Below, piece by piece: positions 57,230 through 64,000 of a stretch of DNA of 64,000 nucleotides. A model generated the notes under the pieces. That model was given only the letters and a program-made list of their open reading frames with translations. It was not told the DNA's origin and made no database searches. The stretch is from a virus: IMG/VR virus record IMGVR_UViG_3300007511_001396, positions 1 to 64,000 of that record. The stretch is one strand, 5' to 3'. The position numbers were made by a program, and so were the translations under genes. Every line of letters begins with the position of its first letter. Position 1 is the stretch's first letter.

Positions 57230-57601
57230 ATGGCCACCATTTCTTTTAAAGCACCAGCATCACTAGATAAATTAGATGGACTGACAATGCTATCAAGCAT
57301 TGCCCCAACACTGAAACAAAATTTAAAAATGTTGCTGCTGACAATGCCTGGCGAAAGAGTAATGACACCGGATTTTGGCTGTGGATTAAAGAGATTTCTA
57401 TTTGAAATGCGAGCTTCGCCACATCTTGTGTCAGATATTGAACAAACAATACGAGAACAGGTCGCAGCCTATATGCCGGTTATAAAGATAGATAGAATTA
57501 TTTTTGATGACTTCAGCGGCGATGAGAATGCCTTGTCCGTTTCTATTTGGTACTCGGTTCCGTCATTAGCTATCTCGGATTCCATAATAACTACTATTTA
57601 G
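57230..57601 (+). CDS. Baseplate wedge protein, gp25/GPW family
   Basis: QNLKMLLLTMPGERVMTPDFGCGLKRFLFE. Confidence 0.9.
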   Translation: MATISFKAPASLDKLDGLTMLSSIAPTLKQNLKMLLLTMPGERVMTPDFGCGLKRFLFEMRASPHLVSDIEQTIREQVAAYMPVIKIDRIIFDDFSGDENALSVSIWYSVPSLAISDSIITTI

Positions 57602-57615
57602 TTGGAGAGTAATAA

Positions 57616-59412
57616 ATGCCTGACGACCAAAAAAAGATTGTACCGATAGATTATACGGCTACCGAATATGAAGGTATTCGCAAAGAACTAAATCAATTGG
57701 CTGAGAGATTTTATCCGGATACCTTTAAAGACTTTTCGGAAGCGTCTTTTGGTGCCATTTTGTTAGATGCTGTTGCATATGTTGGAGACCAGTTGTCTTT
57801 TTACTTAGATTACAATGTTAACGAAGCATTTTTGGATACAGCCTATCAATATAATAACATTTTGCGACATGGCCGTGCTATGGGCTACAAACACAAAGGT
57901 CGTTCCTCTACTTTTGGTAAAGTATCGTTGTTTGTACTTGTTCCAGCTACTTCTGTTGGCCTTGGTCCTGACCAGCGTTATATACCGATTATCAAAAGAG
58001 GAACCAGATTTTCATCTGACTCGTCATTGAGTTTTATGTTGACAGAGAATGTTGATTTTGCTAATCCGTCAAATACAACAGTAGTTGCAAGGACAGACAA
58101 CGCCACCGGAGCCCCGACTTATTATGCTATTAAGGCATACGGTAATGTTGTTTCCGGACATATAGGGCAACAAAAAATAAGTGTAACTGACTATGAAAGA
58201 TTTAAGCGTATTCGACTGACTGCAGCCAATGTTAGTGAAATTATAAGTGTAACTGACTCTGAGGGTCGTGAATATTATGAAGTTGAAAACTTATCCCAAG
58301 ATGTCATTTTTAAGGAAGTCCCGAATGATAATTTTAAAAATGATAATGTAGCTTCCATAGTGAAGCCATTTCTTGTCTCAAGAAAGTTTATTGTTGAACA
58401 TGATAGGTTCAATACGTATTTGCAATTTGGCTCTGGAAGATCTGGCGAAACAGACATAGTCGCAGAACCACAGTCAATAGCAATGGATGTCTTCGGAAAA
58501 GATTATATTTCAGATACCTCATTCGACCCGACGAGACTATCAAAGAATGAAAACTTTGGGATTGTGCCAACAAACACAACTTTAACAATTTCATTTCGAG
58601 TGACTAACCCAATGAGTTCAAACTCGGCTAGCAACTCAATCACCAATGTCTCGAAGGCTACATTTGAGTTTGCAGACAAAGAAAAGTTGTCCATTGAAAC
58701 ACTGAGAGACGTCAAAAACTCTCTAGAGGTCACAAACGAAGCCCCGATAATGGGTGACACTTCTGCTTTGTCGTCGGGTGAAGTAAAGCGACGAATACTA
58801 GACACTTTTCCGACGCAAAATCGTGCTGTCACTAAAGCCGACTACGAGAACATAGCATACAGGATGCCTAGCAAATATGGCTCGCTAAAGAGAGTATCTG
58901 CCCAAAAGGATCCCAACTCTCTGAAAAGAAACCTCAACCTATATGTCATATCAGAGGACAATTATGGCAAGCTGATTGCAACTAATTCTACTATCAAAAA
59001 TAATTTAAAGACTTGGCTTGAACATTATAGGATGATTAGTGATACAATCGATATCCTAGACACACATATTTTAAACTATGGGATTGAATTTATAGTCAGA
59101 CCGCTTTCACAAGTAGATAAATACGATCTGTTCAACAAATGTGTTGAAAAACTGAAAGAATATAATGCATCTGCTCTGTATATCGGGGAATCGATTAAAA
59201 TAAGTGACATCTATGGTGCACTCAGAGAAGTGCCTGGAGTAATGGACGTGGTATCAATTAAAATAATCAACAAACATTCTGGCAAATATTCTAATGTCAG
59301 AATAGACATTAACTCAAATATGTCTCCTGATGGCGGATATGTAAAAATACCGAAGAATGTCATTGCGGAAATAAAGTTCCCAGACGATGATATTAAAGGA
59401 AAAATTAGATAA
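57616..59412 (+). CDS. Baseplate wedge subunit (T4 gp6/baseplate J-like)
   Basis: DFSEASFG, AYVGDQLSFY, LQFGSG, QNRAVTKADY. Confidence 0.85.
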   Translation: MPDDQKKIVPIDYTATEYEGIRKELNQLAERFYPDTFKDFSEASFGAILLDAVAYVGDQLSFYLDYNVNEAFLDTAYQYNNILRHGRAMGYKHKGRSSTFGKVSLFVLVPATSVGLGPDQRYIPIIKRGTRFSSDSSLSFMLTENVDFANPSNTTVVARTDNATGAPTYYAIKAYGNVVSGHIGQQKISVTDYERFKRIRLTAANVSEIISVTDSEGREYYEVENLSQDVIFKEVPNDNFKNDNVASIVKPFLVSRKFIVEHDRFNTYLQFGSGRSGETDIVAEPQSIAMDVFGKDYISDTSFDPTRLSKNENFGIVPTNTTLTISFRVTNPMSSNSASNSITNVSKATFEFADKEKLSIETLRDVKNSLEVTNEAPIMGDTSALSSGEVKRRILDTFPTQNRAVTKADYENIAYRMPSKYGSLKRVSAQKDPNSLKRNLNLYVISEDNYGKLIATNSTIKNNLKTWLEHYRMISDTIDILDTHILNYGIEFIVRPLSQVDKYDLFNKCVEKLKEYNASALYIGESIKISDIYGALREVPGVMDVVSIKIINKHSGKYSNVRIDINSNMSPDGGYVKIPKNVIAEIKFPDDDIKGKIR

Positions 59413-61013
59413 TGGCGATTAAGCGATATACTGCTAGTGCAGACAACACAATTGTTAATGCTTTTAAATCAAACTTAAGAACTCGTGCTACTGGATCGAA
59501 TGCTGGAGCAGCTGATGTTGTCGAAGTGTTTTCTATTTATGCCCGTCAAGCAACGGGCTCAACTGAACTATCACGTGTCTTGATGAAATTCCCTGTTGAT
59601 TCTATCACTTCAGATCGCAATGCTAGCACATTACCTGCAAGTGGCAGCGTTAGTTTTTATCTGAGGCTTTTTAACGCCCCACATGCTAAGACAACTCCTC
59701 AAGACTTTGAGTTGATGGTGTTACCCGTTTCTAGTTCTTGGCAGGAAGGGCATGGCCTAGATCTAGAGTCTTATAAAGATGAAACTAAAGGCAACATTGG
59801 CTCAAATTGGATGAGTGCTTCCAATTCTGCTGCTTGGAATACTGTCGGCGGAGATTTTCTAACGGGTTCAGATATTCCAATTTTTAGCCAATCGTTTTCA
59901 ACTGGCCTCGAAGACATCGAAATAGATATAACATCGCTGGTAGAAAACTGGGTAGACGGCACAATAGATAATTATGGTGTAGGTATTCACCTATCTTCAA
60001 GTTATGAGGGTTATTATTCGAGCTCACTTGGAGTAGGTGTTCCGACTGGGAGTATATTGGACAACAGATCAGGTGCCACAGAATCATATTACACTAAGAG
60101 ATTTTTCGCAAGAGGGACTCAATACTTTTTCCTTAAGCCAACAATTGAAGCTAGATGGGACTCACGACGTAATGATGATCGCGGTGATGCACAATACAGT
60201 AGCTCTTTGGCGAACACAGAAGACAACCTCAATACTCTCTATTTATATAATTATGTGAGAGGGGCTCTTGCTGACATCCCATCAGCGTCTACTGGTTCAA
60301 TTTATGTTAGCCTATACTCTGGGTCGGCAAACAATTCTGCGCCGTCAGGCAGTGCCCTGCGCTTACCTACAACACTCCCACACTCTAATGTGGGCACCAA
60401 TAATCAATATGTAGTAACAGGCGGCTGGGTTGAGACAGGAATGTATACCGCATCGTTTGCCATCACGGCTGCAATGACCCCAATAAACACAGTCTTTGAT
60501 GTTTGGCATGACGGAACCGGCGATGCTGGCTCAACTGGAGCACTAGTTTCCGATAACAGCGTCCAATTCTCTACATCATCTTTTAAGCCAGCATCCTTGG
60601 TGTCAGCACAGACCACTAAGCGACCAACTTATTATTTAAATATCACCAACTTGCAAGATAAATATCGTAGCGATGAGACTGCTAGACTTGATCTCTTTGT
60701 GAGGAATAAAAATTGGAGTCCGACAATATACACAGTTGCTACAAACAAAGTAGAGTCCACTACAATCCACAGCGCATCTTACAGAGTATTCCGCTTACTT
60801 GATGCATATGAAGCAATTCCATATGGCACTGGCTCAGAAATGAGTACTGCCCTGTCTTACGATGTATCAGGCAGTTATTTTGATTTTGATATGAGCTTAT
60901 TGGAAGCTGGTTATGCTTATGCATTTAAGTTTTCATTTTATGACTCAAGTCGTAAATCTTGGATAGAGCAACAAGAAATGTTTAAATTTAGAGTAGAAGA
61001 ATATGAGTATTAA
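59412..61013 (+). CDS. Virion structural protein (baseplate/tail-associated)
   Basis: ADNTI, SRVLMKF, DITSLVENW..G...NYG, PTIEARWD; Ser/Gly-rich. Confidence 0.65.
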   Translation: MAIKRYTASADNTIVNAFKSNLRTRATGSNAGAADVVEVFSIYARQATGSTELSRVLMKFPVDSITSDRNASTLPASGSVSFYLRLFNAPHAKTTPQDFELMVLPVSSSWQEGHGLDLESYKDETKGNIGSNWMSASNSAAWNTVGGDFLTGSDIPIFSQSFSTGLEDIEIDITSLVENWVDGTIDNYGVGIHLSSSYEGYYSSSLGVGVPTGSILDNRSGATESYYTKRFFARGTQYFFLKPTIEARWDSRRNDDRGDAQYSSSLANTEDNLNTLYLYNYVRGALADIPSASTGSIYVSLYSGSANNSAPSGSALRLPTTLPHSNVGTNNQYVVTGGWVETGMYTASFAITAAMTPINTVFDVWHDGTGDAGSTGALVSDNSVQFSTSSFKPASLVSAQTTKRPTYYLNITNLQDKYRSDETARLDLFVRNKNWSPTIYTVATNKVESTTIHSASYRVFRLLDAYEAIPYGTGSEMSTALSYDVSGSYFDFDMSLLEAGYAYAFKFSFYDSSRKSWIEQQEMFKFRVEEYEY

Positions 61014-64000
61014 AAAGCTTTTCAATCCATCTGAAAAATCAAAAAATTACTTATCTGACACAACGAACAAAGAAGCCTTTTCTGATGTTGAGTCAAAACA
61101 TAATGTGAATGAAATAGTTTCTTCTCGGAAGGGGCATACGCCACAAGTAGATTACTCCAATCCCGCAAACTTTGCAAGATACGGCTCGGCCTACCTTTAT
61201 TATCAAACAGCTATTGAAAAGATTCATAATACGTATCCATATGATGGCTCTCATTTAGAGAAGAATAAATTTCTTAATGAAGCTTTGGACATCGATAAAT
61301 ACATTCTTGATAACCTCTATCCACGAACAAATGGATATGCCCGTTTAAGCAATAGCGGATGGGGAACTAGACAAGGTGCCCAGCGCGATGGGTATGGGCT
61401 ATCAGACTCTATTGAGTACATATCTTTTTTTGGCGGACCTGGCACTGGATCATATACAGGCTCTTTGCAAAATATGTTTCCGGATTCGTCCACGACAGCT
61501 AGGGCATCGACAAATATTTATGATTCCGACATTTACACAACAGAGGGTCTTGTTTCTGACTATGGAGTGGCAACAAGAGAATCAAATCTCAAGAGTGATT
61601 TCGATATAGGCGTTACAGTAGAATTTTGGTTAAAGAAACCAGCTTTCTCAACGAGCGATACGGAAAAAGAAATAATATTAGACATCTGGAACAACGAACT
61701 GTCCAGTAGTTCTGACTATGGTCGCATTTCTATTGCATTAACTGGCGGTGCAGGTAGTCCGTTCGTATTAACTGCTCAATCAGGCTCCACGGGTATATTC
61801 GAACAAAGTATAGGCTCAGGCGTTAGTACATCTTCTCTGACATCTTGGCAACATTATGCTCTGTCTTTTGAAAACTCTGGAAGCTCTTTTCACACCAAGC
61901 TTTATATAAATGGCAAATTGAACGACTCAAATAGTGTAGCTAGTACAATCAACAAGCTTCAATCAAAAAACATAATGGGTCGCATAGGTTCACTTATTAC
62001 TTCCCCGTCAGGATCTTCGGCAGCCGCTGGTTGGGGCAAATTGAGCGGCTCACTAGATGAGTTTAGATTTTGGAAAACCTCTAGAACTCCCGAACAAATA
62101 GATAGAAATTGGTTCTCCCCAGTCTATGGCGGCTCAAACGTTGATATCAACAACGCCGACTTAGGTCTTTATTATAAATTTAACGAGGGAATATCAGGGG
62201 ATTCTACGATAGATTCCAGCGTCTTGGATTATTCTGGCAGAGTATCCAATGGCTCTTGGTTTGGTTACGCTGTTGGAAACAGAAGTACTGACTCTGCTAT
62301 ATTGGAATCGTCTGCCTCATCTTCTGAATTCAAAGATCCTATCATTTATGCAACTCATCCCGATGTTGTATCACTGAAGTCATCTTTGTTAGAACGAGGC
62401 TCCTTTCATGACAACAACAACAACGGAACTTTCTCAACACTGTTACCGTCTTGGGTAACAGAAGAAGAATCAGAATCAAAAACAACAGATACTAAAAAAA
62501 TATCACATATTGTTGGAGCCTATTTCGATAAACTGTATCTTCAAATAGAGTCTCTTAATTCGATAAAGAGTCCAACTTATACTAGTGCATCTCATGCTCC
62601 ATATTCATTTGCTTCTCATTTACCGCAGTCAATGGGTCTATATGTACCAGAAATCTTCATAGATGCTGACGTGATGGAGAAAATGCTAAATCGCAATAAT
62701 GATAAATTGTTTGAGGGCGACTTAGAAGAGACTAAAAACTTAATTTATCAAAATTTATACAACAACTTGACTCACATTTACAAAAGTAAGGGAACTGAAC
62801 GCTCAATAAGAAACGTTTTACGCTGTTTCAACGTAGATGAACGATTGGTTCGATTGGGAGTATACTCTGATGGCCAAACGTATGAACTCAAGAATAATCT
62901 AAAACAGACACTCAGAAACGACAACCTATTGAACTTCAATCGATCTGGTAATGTAGGTGCAGTAGTTTATCAAGCTGTGAGCGCATCATCTCAAGACACT
63001 GGCGATTTTATTTCTGGCAGTTTGATAGCTGGCCAAGAAGACAAGTATGGCTTTACAATGGAGGCAAATGTTGTCTTCCCGTCGTTTCTATCCGACTCAG
63101 ATCAAGTTGACAGAAACACAACGACCATCTCGCTGTTCGGCTTAAATTCACCAGATATCATTAACCGTTCAGATACCACTTGGCAATCTGTTGATTCCTC
63201 TAACTTTGAAGTATATGCAATCAGAGATGATCGAAATTCAAAGAACGTATATTTTAAACTCACCTCATCTAACGATCCGTTCCCTATGCCAGAATTGACA
63301 AGTAGTGTCTTCTTTGGAGTCTATGATGACGAACGTTGGAACATCTCAGTAAGACTGAAACCTGACAAATACCCAACTGCTGATATTGTTTCTGGCTCAG
63401 ATGATTACAAATACACTCTAGAATTCAGAGGCACCAACACAATACTTGGCGCTCCAAGAAATACTTTTATGCTGACAGCTTCAGTGACACAAGATATAGG
63501 CCGAAGCTTCTTAAAGGGAGCAAAGCGAGCTTATATTGGTGCTCGGCGAACAAACGTTACCGGAGCACTGTTGGTGTCATCAGATGTACAATTTTCTAAT
63601 TTAAAATATTGGACAAAGTATATCGATGACTCTGACTTAAATCAGCATGCAGTAGACATTGATAACAAGGGAATTTCGAAAGCATATCGTTCAATATCTC
63701 CGCTTGACCCAGAAGCTCGCCGTTTTGAGATCACTAATCAAAATACCTTAGCACTAGATTGGAATTTTAATAATATAACTGGCTCTGGTCCGTCTGGAGA
63801 ACTGTATGTGCAAGACATTAGCTCTGGCTCACTTGATATGCGAAACAATTATGGCTGGATAGGTAATGTTGTCGGCTATCAACACACTGGTTATGGCTAC
63901 GGGTTTGACACAAATTCAACTGATGTGATAGCAAGGATTCCCATAAACTCATATAGATTTATAGATCCAGAGACTCCGATAGCATCAGAGATGGTACAAA
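61003..64000 (+). CDS. Large LamG/concanavalin-domain structural protein, partial (runs off window; not in ORF track)
   Basis: MSIKKLF... open to the end; TVEFWLK, WQHYAL, LYING, GSLDEFRFW LamG motifs. Confidence 0.8.
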   Translation, partial: MSIKKLFNPSEKSKNYLSDTTNKEAFSDVESKHNVNEIVSSRKGHTPQVDYSNPANFARYGSAYLYYQTAIEKIHNTYPYDGSHLEKNKFLNEALDIDKYILDNLYPRTNGYARLSNSGWGTRQGAQRDGYGLSDSIEYISFFGGPGTGSYTGSLQNMFPDSSTTARASTNIYDSDIYTTEGLVSDYGVATRESNLKSDFDIGVTVEFWLKKPAFSTSDTEKEIILDIWNNELSSSSDYGRISIALTGGAGSPFVLTAQSGSTGIFEQSIGSGVSTSSLTSWQHYALSFENSGSSFHTKLYINGKLNDSNSVASTINKLQSKNIMGRIGSLITSPSGSSAAAGWGKLSGSLDEFRFWKTSRTPEQIDRNWFSPVYGGSNVDINNADLGLYYKFNEGISGDSTIDSSVLDYSGRVSNGSWFGYAVGNRSTDSAILESSASSSEFKDPIIYATHPDVVSLKSSLLERGSFHDNNNNGTFSTLLPSWVTEEESESKTTDTKKISHIVGAYFDKLYLQIESLNSIKSPTYTSASHAPYSFASHLPQSMGLYVPEIFIDADVMEKMLNRNNDKLFEGDLEETKNLIYQNLYNNLTHIYKSKGTERSIRNVLRCFNVDERLVRLGVYSDGQTYELKNNLKQTLRNDNLLNFNRSGNVGAVVYQAVSASSQDTGDFISGSLIAGQEDKYGFTMEANVVFPSFLSDSDQVDRNTTTISLFGLNSPDIINRSDTTWQSVDSSNFEVYAIRDDRNSKNVYFKLTSSNDPFPMPELTSSVFFGVYDDERWNISVRLKPDKYPTADIVSGSDDYKYTLEFRGTNTILGAPRNTFMLTASVTQDIGRSFLKGAKRAYIGARRTNVTGALLVSSDVQFSNLKYWTKYIDDSDLNQHAVDIDNKGISKAYRSISPLDPEARRFEITNQNTLALDWNFNNITGSGPSGELYVQDISSGSLDMRNNYGWIGNVVGYQHTGYGYGFDTNSTDVIARIPINSYRFIDPETPIASEMVQ

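Noticed and set aside
4790-61609. Numerous short minus-strand and alternate-frame ORFs in the track
   Set aside because: Shadows fully overlapping well-supported + strand genes
1-64000. Stop-codon reassignment
   Set aside because: Long genes are intact in the standard code, and TAA, TAG and TGA all terminate coupled genes

Overview
This 64 kb window is a segment of a large (jumbo-like) myovirus genome; it is not bacterial chromosome. Genes are dense, use the standard code, and all but one credible gene lie on the + strand. Left to right: (1) the end of a DNA methyltransferase, then a ~1.8 kb largely non-coding region with a G/C skew flip, 18-bp tandem repeats and 17 CGTAACA/TGTTACG-type boxes (candidate origin or packaging/terminus locus). 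(2) 2.3-27 kb, an accessory region with small SH3-like proteins, two host-like lipoproteins (one VWA), proteases, a tmRNA flanked by an HNH gene, PhoH and a Cas4-like nuclease. It also holds unrelated enzymes (R-S-E ADP-ribosyltransferase, kinase-like, HAD phosphatase, papain-like, Nudix, Pol-beta nucleotidyltransferase, a 903-aa protein) that share short N-terminal leaders (MKLxxExWxxF/LxxE or MKIxxxxLxxIIKEE) and mostly sit behind a recurrent CTA(T/C)TTA motif. (3) 27.5-47.3 kb, a ~20 kb nucleotide-sugar/glycosyltransferase cluster (Gmd, Fcl/ColC, ColD-like, split HldE, B12 radical SAM, miniature TPP alpha/beta, 7 GTs). (4) 47.3-64 kb, a gp55-like late sigma factor and baseplate/tail genes. 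The best candidate for an undescribed system is the leader-tagged, late-expressed, probably capsid-packaged and injected effector set. Its ADP-ribosyltransferase is controlled by a hairpin that hides the RBS and carries the putative late promoter in its loop. All functional calls come from motif reading by eye; no searches were run.
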